From contig CACMDZ010000001.1 of NCBI GenBank assembly GCA_902612575.1, positions 7,775 to 71,774 on the forward strand: a stretch of 64,000 nucleotides of DNA, read 5' to 3'. Position numbers and translations under genes: made by a program. The stretch is from an uncultured Pelagibacteraceae bacterium. Its GTDB lineage: Bacteria; Pseudomonadota; Alphaproteobacteria; Pelagibacterales; Pelagibacteraceae. Under the pieces are notes generated by a model. It searched no databases. It was not told the DNA's origin and saw only the letters and a program-made list of their open reading frames with translations. Shown here in pieces: positions 29,237 through 40,317 of the stretch. How positions within the stretch are numbered: position 1 is the stretch's first letter; each line of letters begins with the position of its first letter.

Positions 29237-31135
29237 ATGACTGATAGTTTTAACAAAATTTATCAAGAATCAATCCAAAATCCTGAGAAGTTTTGGCAGA
29301 ATATATCTGAAGATATCTTTTGGTTTAAAAAGCCAACAAAAATTTTAAACAAATCTAGTCCACCGTTTTATAAATGGTTTGAGGATGGAGTAACGAATAC
29401 TTGTTACAACGCAATTGATATACATATCGACCAAGGGAAAGGTGATAAAATAGCCTTGATATATGACAGCCCTATTACAAAAAATAAAGCAAAGTTCACT
29501 TACAATGAATTAAAGGAAAGGGTTTCAAAATTTGCTGGGGCACTTGACAATCAAGGGATCAAAAAAGGTGACAGAGTAATTATTTATATGCCAATGATAC
29601 CAGAAGCAGTCATTGCTATGCTTGCTTGTGGAAGAATTGGTGCAATACACTCAGTGGTCTTTGGAGGATTTGCATCAAATGAGTTAGCTAGCAGGATTGA
29701 CGATAGTAAAGCAAAAATTTTAATTACAGCCTCTTGTGGATTTGAACCAGGAAGAACCGTTGAATACAGACCTTTAGTTGATGGAGCACTTAAACTTGCA
29801 AAACATAAAGTTGAAAAGGTAATTTTATTTCAAAGAGAAGGTCATGAGGTGAAACTTAATTCACCTCTCGAGATTAGTTGGGAAGAGTCACTGATAAATG
29901 CTAAAGAAAAAGATTGTGTTGAAATAGGAGCAAATGAGTTTGCATATATTTTATACACATCAGGAACAACAGGAATTCCAAAAGGTATCGTTAGAGATGT
30001 TGGTGGACACATAGTTGCACTTAAATGGACTATGAAAAATATTTATAATATTGATGAGAACGATGTTTGGTGGTCAGCAAGTGATATTGGTTGGATTGTG
30101 GGACACTCTTATATTGTCTATGCACCATTGTTTAAAGGTTGCACAACTGTCTTATTTGAGGGAAAGCCTGTAGGTACTCCTGATGCAGGTGTTTTTTGGA
30201 GAATTATTTCTGAATACAAAATAAAATCTTTATTCACTGCTCCAACAGCTTTTAGAGCAATTAAAAAAGAAGACCCAGATGGAAAATTTTTTTCTAAATA
30301 TGATTTAAGTTCTTTTGAGTCTCTATTTTTGGCTGGAGAGAGAGCTGATCCAGATACAATTAAGTGGGCAGAAAATTTATTAAATGTTCCAGTTATTGAT
30401 CACTGGTGGCAAACCGAAACAAGTTGGGCAATAAGTTCAAATTGTACTGGAATAGAAATGCAAAATACCAAATATGGGTCTGCATGCAAAGCAGTTCCTG
30501 GCTATGATGTAAAAATAATTAAACCAGATCATTCAATTGCAAAACCAAATGAAATGGGAGATATAGTTGTTAAATTACCTTTACCACCTGGAACTTTTCC
30601 TACACTTTGGAATGCAGATAAAAGGTACGAAGAAAATTATATGTCTAATTATAAAGGTTACTATCAAACTTATGATGCAGGACATATTGATGATGATGGC
30701 TACATATGGATTATGTCAAGAACTGACGATATAATTAATGTTGCTGGACATAGATTATCTACTGGAGCAATAGAGGAAGTTTTATCTGAACATCAGTCAG
30801 TTGCTGAATGTGCCGTTCTTGGAATTGCTGATAAATTAAAAGGACAATTACCAATAGGTTTAGTTGTTTTAAAATCTGGTGTTAAAAAAGACAATGAGAG
30901 TATCTCAAAGGAATGTATTCATATGGTCAGAGATAAAATTGGACCAGTTGCTGCATTTAAAGTTGTGATTGTTATAAAAAGACTTCCAAAAACAAGATCG
31001 GGGAAAATTTTAAGAGGAACTATAAGAAAAATTGCTGATAAAGAGGACTATAAAATGCCTGCAACAATTGATGATCCAGCAATTTTAGACGAAATTACTC
31101 AAAGCTTAATAGAAAATAAAATTCTAAACAAATAG
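29237..31135 (+). CDS. Propionyl-/acetyl-CoA synthetase family AMP-forming ligase
   Basis: YTSGTTGIPKG, DHWWQTET, RTDDIINVAGHRLS, PKTRSGK; EGKPVGTPDAG is typical of PrpE/ACSS3-like enzymes. Confidence 0.88.
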   Translation: MTDSFNKIYQESIQNPEKFWQNISEDIFWFKKPTKILNKSSPPFYKWFEDGVTNTCYNAIDIHIDQGKGDKIALIYDSPITKNKAKFTYNELKERVSKFAGALDNQGIKKGDRVIIYMPMIPEAVIAMLACGRIGAIHSVVFGGFASNELASRIDDSKAKILITASCGFEPGRTVEYRPLVDGALKLAKHKVEKVILFQREGHEVKLNSPLEISWEESLINAKEKDCVEIGANEFAYILYTSGTTGIPKGIVRDVGGHIVALKWTMKNIYNIDENDVWWSASDIGWIVGHSYIVYAPLFKGCTTVLFEGKPVGTPDAGVFWRIISEYKIKSLFTAPTAFRAIKKEDPDGKFFSKYDLSSFESLFLAGERADPDTIKWAENLLNVPVIDHWWQTETSWAISSNCTGIEMQNTKYGSACKAVPGYDVKIIKPDHSIAKPNEMGDIVVKLPLPPGTFPTLWNADKRYEENYMSNYKGYYQTYDAGHIDDDGYIWIMSRTDDIINVAGHRLSTGAIEEVLSEHQSVAECAVLGIADKLKGQLPIGLVVLKSGVKKDNESISKECIHMVRDKIGPVAAFKVVIVIKRLPKTRSGKILRGTIRKIADKEDYKMPATIDDPAILDEITQSLIENKILNK

Positions 31136-31141
31136 TTTCAT

Positions 31142-32452
31142 TTAATCCAGAAATTTAATAGGTTTTCCTGAAGCTTCACCAATAATTTCTCCATATTTCA
31201 TTTTAACTTCTCCATTTATTATTGTGTAAACAGGTGTTCCTTTAAACTTATATCCATCAAATGGTGACCATCCACACTTACTTTCTATTTTATCATTTTT
31301 AATTTCTATTACTTTATTCATATCCACGATTGTAAAGTCTGCATCATAGTCCTCTTTAATATATCCCTTTCCTATTATGCCAAATATTTTTGCTGGATTC
31401 TCACAAACGAGATTTATTAATTGTTCAAGCGATAATTTGCCGTCATTTACATGATTTAGCATTACTGGCATCAAAGTTTGAACTCCTGGCATTCCAGAAG
31501 GTGTATCTGGATACTCTTTGTCCTTATTTGCTTTTAGATGTGGGGCATGATCAGAACCAATTGTGTCATTATAATTATTTCTTACTGCATACCATAAACG
31601 ATCATAATGACTTTTATCTCTTAAAGGTGGATTCATTTGTGCGTAAGTTCCAAGCTTATCATAACAATCAGGCGCATATATCGTTAAATGTTGCGGGGTT
31701 ATCTCAAAAGTAATATTTCCTTTATTCTGAGATAAGAAATCTATTTCCTGCTTGGTTGTAATGTGTAAGATGTGGGCTTTCTTACCTAATCTTTTTGCAA
31801 TTTTCACAATCTTTCTTGTAGATGAAATTGCGCACTCTTCATCCCTCCATATTGGATGAGAATGAACATTCCCTTTTTCTCTTAATTTTTTCCTTAAGTT
31901 TAAAATATCTTCATCCTCTGAATGGACTGCAACAATTTTTGAAGTACTTTCAAAGACCTTTTCTATGTCTTCCTCTCTATGAACTAATAAAGTTCCTGTT
32001 GATGAGCCTGCGAACAATTTAACACCACAACATCCTTCTAATCCTTTAAGACTCGCTAATTCACTTTGATTAGTAGGAGTAGCTCCAAAATAAAATGCAT
32101 GATTACAATACATTCGATTTTTTGCTAAATTTATTTTTCTCTGAAATTCTTTTTGATTTGTCGTTGCTGGATTGGTGTTTGGCATTTCAAAAACTGAGGT
32201 AATACCGCCAACTATTGCCGCTCTACTCCCTGAGGCTAAATCTTCAGTATCTGTTGAACCTGGCTCCCTAAAATGTGTTTGAGTATCTATGCAGCCTGGT
32301 AGAACAGTAAGTCCACTCGCATCGATTATTTGTCTAGCCTCTTCCTCAAGCTTTCCAATCTTTACGATTTTATTGTTTCGAATGCCTATATCAACATCTT
32401 TGAGATTTTTATCGATATAGCATTTTCCTTTTTTGATAATAAGATCTAACAT
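31142..32452 (-). CDS. pyrC: Dihydroorotase (class I)
   Basis: DTQTHFREPG, EMPNT, MNPPLR, GSDHAPH, SKCGWSPF. Confidence 0.88.
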   Translation of the reverse strand: MLDLIIKKGKCYIDKNLKDVDIGIRNNKIVKIGKLEEEARQIIDASGLTVLPGCIDTQTHFREPGSTDTEDLASGSRAAIVGGITSVFEMPNTNPATTNQKEFQRKINLAKNRMYCNHAFYFGATPTNQSELASLKGLEGCCGVKLFAGSSTGTLLVHREEDIEKVFESTSKIVAVHSEDEDILNLRKKLREKGNVHSHPIWRDEECAISSTRKIVKIAKRLGKKAHILHITTKQEIDFLSQNKGNITFEITPQHLTIYAPDCYDKLGTYAQMNPPLRDKSHYDRLWYAVRNNYNDTIGSDHAPHLKANKDKEYPDTPSGMPGVQTLMPVMLNHVNDGKLSLEQLINLVCENPAKIFGIIGKGYIKEDYDADFTIVDMNKVIEIKNDKIESKCGWSPFDGYKFKGTPVYTIINGEVKMKYGEIIGEASGKPIKFLD

Positions 32453-32494
32453 TTATAAAAAAAGTACTTATATCATTAGTTATATTATTACAAT

Positions 32495-33376
32495 ATGAAT
32501 ACAAATAAAGTTTATATATTAGAAGATAGAGGCCTTCTTTATATTAATGGAGACGACGCTAAAGAATTTTTACAAAATATAATTACAAACAACATTGAAA
32601 ATGTAAAAGAGGATAATAGTAGTTTTTCAGCTCTTTTAACGCCACAAGGTAAATATCTTTATGATTTTATAATTATAAAACATAAATCAGGATATCTTCT
32701 AGATTGTGAAAAAAAAATAATCGAAGATTTGTTCAAACAATTAAATTTGTACAAACTTAGATCAAAAGTAGAAATACTTAATCTAAGTAATGAGTTTGTT
32801 ATTGCAAATTTAAGCAAGCAAAAATTTTTAGAACTAGAAAATTCTAAAGATGAAGTAGGTTATACTGTTAAATTTAGAGAAGACCCAATACTTTTAGATC
32901 CTAGGTCCAAAGATTTAGGAGCTAGACTAGTAATAAATTTAGAAAAATTATATTTGTCTTTAAAAAAATTAGGATTAGAGATTTCAGATTCTAATGAATA
33001 CTATAATCTTAGCCATGAATTAGGCATTCCTCAAATTGATACAAAGAAACTACAAGATAAAATTTTTGGAATTGAATGTAACATTGAGGAACTAAATGGA
33101 ATTGATTTTAAAAAGGGATGTTATGTGGGACAAGAAAATACCGCAAGAATTAAACTAAAAGATAAACTTAATAAAAGATTATTTGCGATTGAAATTTTAG
33201 AAGGTCAAATTAATAGTGAAGAAATAACTTTTGAAAGTAAAAATATTGGAAGATTATTAATAAATAATAAAAATCCCTTTGCTTTATTGAAGCTAGATAA
33301 TAAAAAATTTAATTTTGAAATTAATCTAAAATGCGGAGATGCAAAAATAAAGGTTTTAAAGCCAAGGTGGTTTTAA
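32495..33376 (+). CDS. ygfZ: Folate-binding Fe-S cluster repair/tRNA-modifying protein YgfZ
   Basis: LLTPQGK and KGCYVGQE signature. Confidence 0.9.
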   Translation: MNTNKVYILEDRGLLYINGDDAKEFLQNIITNNIENVKEDNSSFSALLTPQGKYLYDFIIIKHKSGYLLDCEKKIIEDLFKQLNLYKLRSKVEILNLSNEFVIANLSKQKFLELENSKDEVGYTVKFREDPILLDPRSKDLGARLVINLEKLYLSLKKLGLEISDSNEYYNLSHELGIPQIDTKKLQDKIFGIECNIEELNGIDFKKGCYVGQENTARIKLKDKLNKRLFAIEILEGQINSEEITFESKNIGRLLINNKNPFALLKLDNKKFNFEINLKCGDAKIKVLKPRWF

Positions 33377-33377
33377 A

Positions 33378-33749
33378 TTATTTAATAAATTTTGATAAAT
33401 CTGGTTTAAAATAATTAGGTCCCTTCATGACTTTTCCAAATTCATTAAATATTGGTTTTCCATCTTTTCCTAACTTACTCATATTAGACTTTTGGACTTC
33501 ATCAAAACATTTATCTAAATTTATTCCAAAAGCATGACCTGCTCCATAAGTTACGTACAATATGTCAGTCAAAGCATCAGCAACTTCAGTTAAATTTTTT
33601 TCTGATATAGCTTGTTTGAGTTCCTGAAGTTCCTCGTTAATTAACGATATTCTTAATGAATTAATTTTATCTGTGCTTAAACTTGATGAATCTTTTACAT
33701 CTTGATTAAAAGTTTTCATAAAAAAACCAACCTTTTCAAAATTTGTCAT
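33378..33749 (-). CDS. MazG-like nucleoside triphosphate pyrophosphohydrolase
   Basis: EEL.EL, EVADALTD.LYV.YG, SNMSKL, GKV.KGP. Confidence 0.85.
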   Translation of the reverse strand: MTNFEKVGFFMKTFNQDVKDSSSLSTDKINSLRISLINEELQELKQAISEKNLTEVADALTDILYVTYGAGHAFGINLDKCFDEVQKSNMSKLGKDGKPIFNEFGKVMKGPNYFKPDLSKFIK

Positions 33750-33815
33750 TTTACTCCTATATGATTTTAATAATATTTAATGTATAAGTATTTAATATAC
33801 TCTCAAAATATAATT

Positions 33816-35204
33816 ATGAAATTCAGAAAAGAATATGATAGCATTGGCAGTATCAACGTGCCTGTGGATAAGTATTGGGGAGCATCAACTCAGAGATCAA
33901 AGAAATACTTTGATATTGGAGATGTGTTAGTTAGACCAAAATTAATTAAGTCTATAGCTGTAATAAAAAAGGCTGCAGCTGTTACAAACTTCAAAAATAA
34001 AGATATTAATTCAAAAATCTTTAAGTCAATTGTTAAAGCTGCAGATGAGGTTATCAGTGGAAAATTAGACCAGCATTTTCCACTTAAAGTTTGGCAGACA
34101 GGTTCTGGTACCCAAACTAACATGAATGTTAATGAGGTAATTTCAAACAGAGCTATTGAAATTTTAAAAGGTAAGAAGGGAACTAAAAAACCTGTTCATC
34201 CTAATGATCACGTTAATAAATCCCAATCTACTAACGATGTATTTCCAACAGCTATGCATATTGCTATAGCTATGGAAACTATAGAAAAACTATTACCAAG
34301 TTTAAATCTATTAAACAAAGAACTAAAAAAGAAAGTTAGAGAATTTAATAAAATTGTAAAAATAGGAAGAACGCACCTTCAAGATGCAACACCCTTATCA
34401 TTGGGACAAGAATTTTCAGGTTATCAGACGCAATTACAAGAAAGCATAAAAAGAATAAAAGCATCTTTAAGTGAAATTTATTTTCTTGCACAAGGTGGAA
34501 CAGCTGTTGGCACAGGTATAAATACAAAAAAAAATTTTGATAAGAAAATAGTAAATGAAATAAAAAAAATTACGAAATTACCTTTCAAGCCAGCTAAAAA
34601 TAAGTTTGCTGCTTTAGCCGCTCATGATGCAATTGTTAATTATTCAGGCACACTAAATACAACCGCAGTATGTTTAATGAAGATTGCAAACGATATTAGA
34701 TTTTTAGGGTCAGGTCCAAGAGCTGGATATGGAGAATTAATACTTCCAGAAAATGAACCTGGATCATCGATAATGCCTGGAAAAGTAAACCCAACTCAAT
34801 GTGAAGCTGTGACTATGGTTTGTGTTAAAGTAATAGGAAACCATAATGGGATTACTATGGCTGGATCGCATGGGCATTTTGAGCTTAATGTATTCAAACC
34901 TTTGATAATTCATAATGTTCTTCAATCAATACAAATTTTGTCTGATAGCACAAAAAGTTTTGCAAAATATTGTATATCTGGACTTAAGGCAGACAAAAAT
35001 AGAATTAAGCATTTAGTAGATAATTCGTTAATGTTAGTAACTGCTTTATCTCCAAAAATCGGCTACGATAATGCCGCAAAGATAGCAAAAAATGCCTTAA
35101 AAAATAAAACAACTCTTAAAGTTGAGGCAATGAAAACAGGGCTTATCAATGAGAAGGAATACAATAAAATTGTAGATCCATATAAAATGATAAAACCTTT
35201 TTAG
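33816..35204 (+). CDS. fumC: Class II fumarate hydratase
   Basis: [31 protein letters not shown]; likely start MKFRKE at 33816 (ORF track 33780). Confidence 0.96.
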   Translation: MKFRKEYDSIGSINVPVDKYWGASTQRSKKYFDIGDVLVRPKLIKSIAVIKKAAAVTNFKNKDINSKIFKSIVKAADEVISGKLDQHFPLKVWQTGSGTQTNMNVNEVISNRAIEILKGKKGTKKPVHPNDHVNKSQSTNDVFPTAMHIAIAMETIEKLLPSLNLLNKELKKKVREFNKIVKIGRTHLQDATPLSLGQEFSGYQTQLQESIKRIKASLSEIYFLAQGGTAVGTGINTKKNFDKKIVNEIKKITKLPFKPAKNKFAALAAHDAIVNYSGTLNTTAVCLMKIANDIRFLGSGPRAGYGELILPENEPGSSIMPGKVNPTQCEAVTMVCVKVIGNHNGITMAGSHGHFELNVFKPLIIHNVLQSIQILSDSTKSFAKYCISGLKADKNRIKHLVDNSLMLVTALSPKIGYDNAAKIAKNALKNKTTLKVEAMKTGLINEKEYNKIVDPYKMIKPF

Positions 35205-36574
35205 TTATTTATTATTCTTTTAACGAGTGATTTTAGTTCTTGCGAATTTTTAATGTTATAATCTTTTTCTTCTATATTTATATCTGTATTATCTAATTGA
35301 TTTATTTTAATATCTGATATTGAAATTAAACCTGTGTTGATATTTCTTTTAATCTTAAAAAATATTTTTTTTAAATTTTTAACCTTGCTTGACTTTAATT
35401 GAAACTTTTTAGCAAAATTTCTAGTGTTTTTAATAGTTATAATGTTTGATGAATTGAAAATTATTTCTCCTTTTTCTGTATCGTAAGATATTTTAGACTC
35501 AATTTCACCTATGTTGCTTAAATTCATTATGGTCTCATTTAAATAGATTGATTTTTCTTCGATATTAAAACTTATGTAACCATCTTTCAAAATTTCGTGC
35601 TCAATATTAGTTAAAGATAATTTCAACCTTCCATTTAAATTACCGATTAAATCAGATTCTAAATTCAATATTGAAAAAACTAGCTCATCTATAAGAAAAT
35701 TTAATTTTTGCCGGTTAAGAATAATATTAGAATTTAAATGAAATGGTTTTAATTCTATTTTAGTATCAATTTTTATATCATTATTATTTTCTGGAGATTT
35801 TATAAAAATCATATTATTTTTTAATTGATAATCAATTTCAATATTCTGATTTAAAAAATTTATAAATGTTGATCCAGTAAAGTCTGAGCTTTGTTGAGAA
35901 TTTAATTTATTTTTAATTGATATATTAGGTTTCTTGAAATTAATTTCAATTTGTGAATTATATTTGGAATTAAATTCTTTTTTCCATAAAGATTTAAAGT
36001 TTAAATCGAATATGTTTCCATAAACATTCAATTTTTTAAAATTATCTTTCCTTGATGTTGTAAAAACAATTTTTTCTATAGGGGAGATCATTAAAGTTTC
36101 GTTTTGCTCATCCAATATAAATATTTTACTTTTTTTTATATGAATTGGTTTACTTTCACTGTTGTGAAAATAATTTCTCAAAATCTTATATTCTTTTTCT
36201 TTTAATAAAAAATTATTCTTATGAATTTCAAATTTCTCAAAATTTAATTTCGATTTTGGATATAGATTATTTGAATTTAAAAAAACCTTTAATTTCTCAA
36301 TATCAATAAACATAGTTTCTTTGTCATCATTATCTATTGATAAAGAGGAATTATTAATTAACAAATGGGGTTTTGGTAATAATTGATACTTTATGTCACC
36401 ATCTATGTTCAAGTTAATATCAAAGTCTGAGTAAAATCTTTTCTCAATTATATTTTCTATACTTTTATAATTAAATAAAACTGGTATTGATAAATAAATG
36501 CCAAACAAAAAAAATAATGCAACTAATAAGAAAATTCCTTTAACGAATAGTGGAACATTGCCTATTTTTTTCAT
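35201..36574 (-). CDS. Membrane-anchored hypothetical protein, AsmA-like
   Basis: Single N-terminal TM helix then a beta-rich body; [12 protein letters not shown] resembles the AsmA N-terminal motif. Confidence 0.45.
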   Translation of the reverse strand: MKKIGNVPLFVKGIFLLVALFFLFGIYLSIPVLFNYKSIENIIEKRFYSDFDINLNIDGDIKYQLLPKPHLLINNSSLSIDNDDKETMFIDIEKLKVFLNSNNLYPKSKLNFEKFEIHKNNFLLKEKEYKILRNYFHNSESKPIHIKKSKIFILDEQNETLMISPIEKIVFTTSRKDNFKKLNVYGNIFDLNFKSLWKKEFNSKYNSQIEINFKKPNISIKNKLNSQQSSDFTGSTFINFLNQNIEIDYQLKNNMIFIKSPENNNDIKIDTKIELKPFHLNSNIILNRQKLNFLIDELVFSILNLESDLIGNLNGRLKLSLTNIEHEILKDGYISFNIEEKSIYLNETIMNLSNIGEIESKISYDTEKGEIIFNSSNIITIKNTRNFAKKFQLKSSKVKNLKKIFFKIKRNINTGLISISDIKINQLDNTDINIEEKDYNIKNSQELKSLVKRIINN

Positions 36575-36610
36575 TAATTCAATATCGCTTAAATTAAAAA
36601 AAAATAAACG

Positions 36611-38638
36611 ATGAATTTTGAATATTTAAAGAATCTCAACAAAACGCAGGAAGAGGCTGTTTTATATTTAAATGGACCACTTCTAATTGTTGCAGGCGCA
36701 GGTTCTGGTAAAACTAGAGTTTTAACTGCAAGAATCGCTCATATAGTTAAACAACACAAAGCATTTCCTAATCAAATTTTAGCTGTAACGTTTACAAATA
36801 AAGCTGCAAAAGAAATGCAATTAAGAGTCTCTAAATTCTTAAGAAAAGAGGCTACTGGATTACCTTGGTTAGGCACTTTTCATTCAATAAGTGCAAAGAT
36901 ATTAAGAAAACATGCTGAGGCAGTAGGTTTAAAGTCGAATTTTTCAATTATTGATCAAGACGATCAGGTAAGGTTAATAAAAAATATCTGTAAAGCTGAA
37001 AACATAGATACAAAAAAAATATCTCCAAGATATATTTTGGCAGTAATTGATAAATGGAAGAATAAGGGTTTTTACCCTAATGAAGTTGTTCTCAAGCGTA
37101 AAGATGTGTTAGAAAAAAATTTTCTAGGTATTTATAAAATATATCAACAGAAATTAATAGATTTAAATGCAACAGATTTTAGTGACCTAATTCTTCATAC
37201 TGTAAAAATTTTTGAAAAACACAAAGATATTTCAAAATTGTATTCAAAAAAGTTTAAATATATTTTAGTAGATGAATATCAAGATACTAATTATATTCAA
37301 AGTGAATGGCTAAAATATTTGGCTGAATATAATCAGAACATTTGCTGCGTTGGTGATGATGATCAATCGATATATAGTTGGCGGGGTGCTGAAATTAAAA
37401 ATTTTCTTCAATTTGAAAAAGTTTACGATAATACCAAAATTATAAGATTAGAAAAAAATTATAGATCTACACAAAATATTTTAAGTGTTGCATCAAATAT
37501 TATTGAAAATAATCAAAATAGAGTGGGGAAAAAACTTTTTACGGATCAAGAGGATGGAGAATTAGTAACTTTAAACTGCTTTAGAAACGTAAAAGATGAA
37601 GCAACTGAAATTGGTTCTAACATTGAAGATTTTAAAAATAAATTTTCATTAAATGAAATTGCAATTCTTGTGAGAGCTATTTTTCAAACTAGAGAATTTG
37701 AAGAAAGATTTTTAAAAATTGGAGTTCCATATAGAATTATTGGTGGAATTAAATTTTATGAAAGAGCAGAGATAAAAGATTGTGTTGCTTACCTTAAAAC
37801 GGTTTATCAACCACAGGATGATTTATCATTCGAAAGAATTTTAAACGTTCCAAAAAGATCTATCGGGGATACTACGGTAAAGACTATTAATAATTTTGCT
37901 AAATTAAATAAATGCTCATTAGAAATTGCTTCAAAACAATTAATTGAACAGAACAAAATTAAGCCAAAAACAAAATTAGGTTTAAATTCTCTTATAAATC
38001 TTTTATCAAAATGGAGGAATGATTTAAAAGGTAAAATGAACCATAACAAGTTATTACAATTAATTCTTGATGAGTCTGGCTATAGTGAAATGCTTAAAAA
38101 TAAGAAAGACCTAGAAAATGAAAATAGGTTGGAAAATATAAAAGAATTATTAAATGCAATGAAAGAATTTGATAATTTAGAGAGTTTTTTAGAGCATGTT
38201 GCTCTTGCAACATCCTTAGATCAAGATTGGCAGAGTGAAAAAGTTAATTTAATGACAATACACGCATCTAAAGGCTTAGAATTTGACGTCGTATTCTTAC
38301 CTGGGTGGGAAGAAGGTTTATTCCCTCATCAAAAAAGTATTGAGGAAAAAGGAGAAAGTGGTTTAGAGGAGGAGAGAAGATTGGCTTATGTTGCGATTAC
38401 CAGGGCAAAAAAGCTTGCTAAAATATCATTTTCTATGAACAGATTTTATCAAGGAGACTGGATAGACAGTATGGCATCAAGGTTTGTAGATGAATTACCA
38501 GATGAGTATATTAAAAAAAACAATAGTTTTATAGATGAAAAAGAAGAGGATTTTGAATTCAATCAAGATATAGATTTCGATAGTGACAGCGAAGTTAGAA
38601 GTCCTGGTTGGATACGTTACCAAAAAAAACTAAAATGA
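36611..38638 (+). CDS. uvrD: UvrD/PcrA ATP-dependent DNA helicase
   Basis: AGAGSGKT, TFTNKAA, DEYQD, GDDDQSIY, NYRS, TIHASKGLEF, EEERRLAYVAITRA. Confidence 0.93.
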   Translation: MNFEYLKNLNKTQEEAVLYLNGPLLIVAGAGSGKTRVLTARIAHIVKQHKAFPNQILAVTFTNKAAKEMQLRVSKFLRKEATGLPWLGTFHSISAKILRKHAEAVGLKSNFSIIDQDDQVRLIKNICKAENIDTKKISPRYILAVIDKWKNKGFYPNEVVLKRKDVLEKNFLGIYKIYQQKLIDLNATDFSDLILHTVKIFEKHKDISKLYSKKFKYILVDEYQDTNYIQSEWLKYLAEYNQNICCVGDDDQSIYSWRGAEIKNFLQFEKVYDNTKIIRLEKNYRSTQNILSVASNIIENNQNRVGKKLFTDQEDGELVTLNCFRNVKDEATEIGSNIEDFKNKFSLNEIAILVRAIFQTREFEERFLKIGVPYRIIGGIKFYERAEIKDCVAYLKTVYQPQDDLSFERILNVPKRSIGDTTVKTINNFAKLNKCSLEIASKQLIEQNKIKPKTKLGLNSLINLLSKWRNDLKGKMNHNKLLQLILDESGYSEMLKNKKDLENENRLENIKELLNAMKEFDNLESFLEHVALATSLDQDWQSEKVNLMTIHASKGLEFDVVFLPGWEEGLFPHQKSIEEKGESGLEEERRLAYVAITRAKKLAKISFSMNRFYQGDWIDSMASRFVDELPDEYIKKNNSFIDEKEEDFEFNQDIDFDSDSEVRSPGWIRYQKKLK

Positions 38639-40317
38639 GTAATGAAATTAATAATATTATTTTAAAGAATAATTTAGATGGATATATTCTACCAAAAAAT
38701 GATAATTATTTTACTGAGTACTCAACAATAAACCATCTAAAATCAATAACAAATTTTTCAGGGTCCGCGGGATTTGCATTGTTCTTAAAAAAAGCAAGAT
38801 ATTTATTTGTTGATGGAAGATACACACTACAAGCTGAAAAGGAAGCTGGAAAGAAATTCAAAATTCTTGAAATTCCTTATGTATGGCCCAAAAATATTTT
38901 GAAGCATAAAAGTAAGATTGGTTTTAATCCAAATCTTTTTACACAAGAAACTTTAAATAAATATTTTGGAGATACATTTAATCTAGTTCCAATAAACTTT
39001 AGTTTTAGAATAAAAACTATAAAAAAAAAAATCAATCCATTTTTTAAGCTAGATAACCTTGTGGCAGGTAGGAGTGTAAATAGTAAAATTAATCAACTTG
39101 TTAAAATCATGAAAAAAAAGAAAATCGATTATAATTTTATTAGCTCGGGTGAAAATATTTGTTGGCTTCTCAATATTAGGGGAAATGATCTTCCCAATTC
39201 TCCTGTTGCAAATTGTAAAATGATAATAACTAAAGAAAAAAAAATATTTTTTTTTTCAAATCTTGATAAAATAAAAAATTTAAAATCACTTTTCAAAAAA
39301 TTTAAAATATATTTTCTGAAGGAAAAGAATATGTTGAAATGTCTAGTAAAACTTAAAAATGGTAATTTTAGTATTGATAATAAAACCTGCTCAGTTTTTG
39401 AGGAAAACTTGATCAATTATAAATTTAAAATTATTGGCAGAAAAGATCCTGTTTATGACTTAAAATCAATAAAAAATAAAACAGAGATTAAAAATATGAT
39501 TAATGCACATATTGAAGATGGTGTGGCTTTAACTAAATTTTTATACTGGATTAAAAATCATAGCTTAAATAACCTATCAGAGAAAAAGGTGGAAAAAAAA
39601 CTCGAGATTTTTAGAAAAAAAAGTAAAAATTATTTATATCCAAGTTTTGATACAATTGCTGGATCTGGACCAAATGGGGCGATTATTCATTATAGATCTA
39701 ATAAAATTTCAAACAGAATTATAAGAAAAAAAGACCTATTACTCCTCGACTCTGGAGGCCAATACAAATGGGGGACTACTGATGTAACAAGAACGATGTG
39801 TTTTTCTAATCCTTCAAATGAAATTAAAGATATATTTACTCGAGTTTTAAAGGGCCATATCGCTGTATCATCATGTGATATAAACAAAGTTAAAAACGGC
39901 CATAATATTGATAAAATTGCAAGAAAAAGTCTAAATTCAGTTGGCCTTGATTATCGTCACGGCACAGGTCATGGCGTTGGCGCATTTCTTAATGTTCATG
40001 AAGGACCACAAGGAATAACAAAAAATAATTATGTGAAATTAAAAGAAGGAATGGTTTTAAGTAATGAACCTGGGTTTTATAAAAAAAATGATTTTGGAAT
40101 AAGAATTGAAAATTTAGTTTTTGTAAGAAAAAGTAAATCCAAACTTTATTTTGAAAATCTAACAATGGCTCCCATAGATATAGATTTAATTAATTTTAAA
40201 TTACTAAATAACAAAGAAAAAAATTATCTGTTTAAATATCACTTTAAAGTTTATAATAATATCTACTTATATTTGAATAAAAGTGAAAAAAAATGGTTAG
40301 CAAGTTTAATCCAATAA
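38635..40317 (+). CDS. Xaa-Pro aminopeptidase (aminopeptidase P, M24B)
   Basis: VDGRY, AIIHY, DSGGQY..GTTDVTRT, HGTGHGVG..LNVHEGP, NEPGFY, GIRIEN; ATGA overlap with uvrD suggests start 38635. Confidence 0.9.
   Translation: MSNEINNIILKNNLDGYILPKNDNYFTEYSTINHLKSITNFSGSAGFALFLKKARYLFVDGRYTLQAEKEAGKKFKILEIPYVWPKNILKHKSKIGFNPNLFTQETLNKYFGDTFNLVPINFSFRIKTIKKKINPFFKLDNLVAGRSVNSKINQLVKIMKKKKIDYNFISSGENICWLLNIRGNDLPNSPVANCKMIITKEKKIFFFSNLDKIKNLKSLFKKFKIYFLKEKNMLKCLVKLKNGNFSIDNKTCSVFEENLINYKFKIIGRKDPVYDLKSIKNKTEIKNMINAHIEDGVALTKFLYWIKNHSLNNLSEKKVEKKLEIFRKKSKNYLYPSFDTIAGSGPNGAIIHYRSNKISNRIIRKKDLLLLDSGGQYKWGTTDVTRTMCFSNPSNEIKDIFTRVLKGHIAVSSCDINKVKNGHNIDKIARKSLNSVGLDYRHGTGHGVGAFLNVHEGPQGITKNNYVKLKEGMVLSNEPGFYKKNDFGIRIENLVFVRKSKSKLYFENLTMAPIDIDLINFKLLNNKEKNYLFKYHFKVYNNIYLYLNKSEKKWLASLIQ

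Noticed and set aside
33863-33871. Perfect DnaA box (TGTGGATAA) in fumC
   Set aside because: A single site inside coding sequence, explained by the P-V-D-K codons
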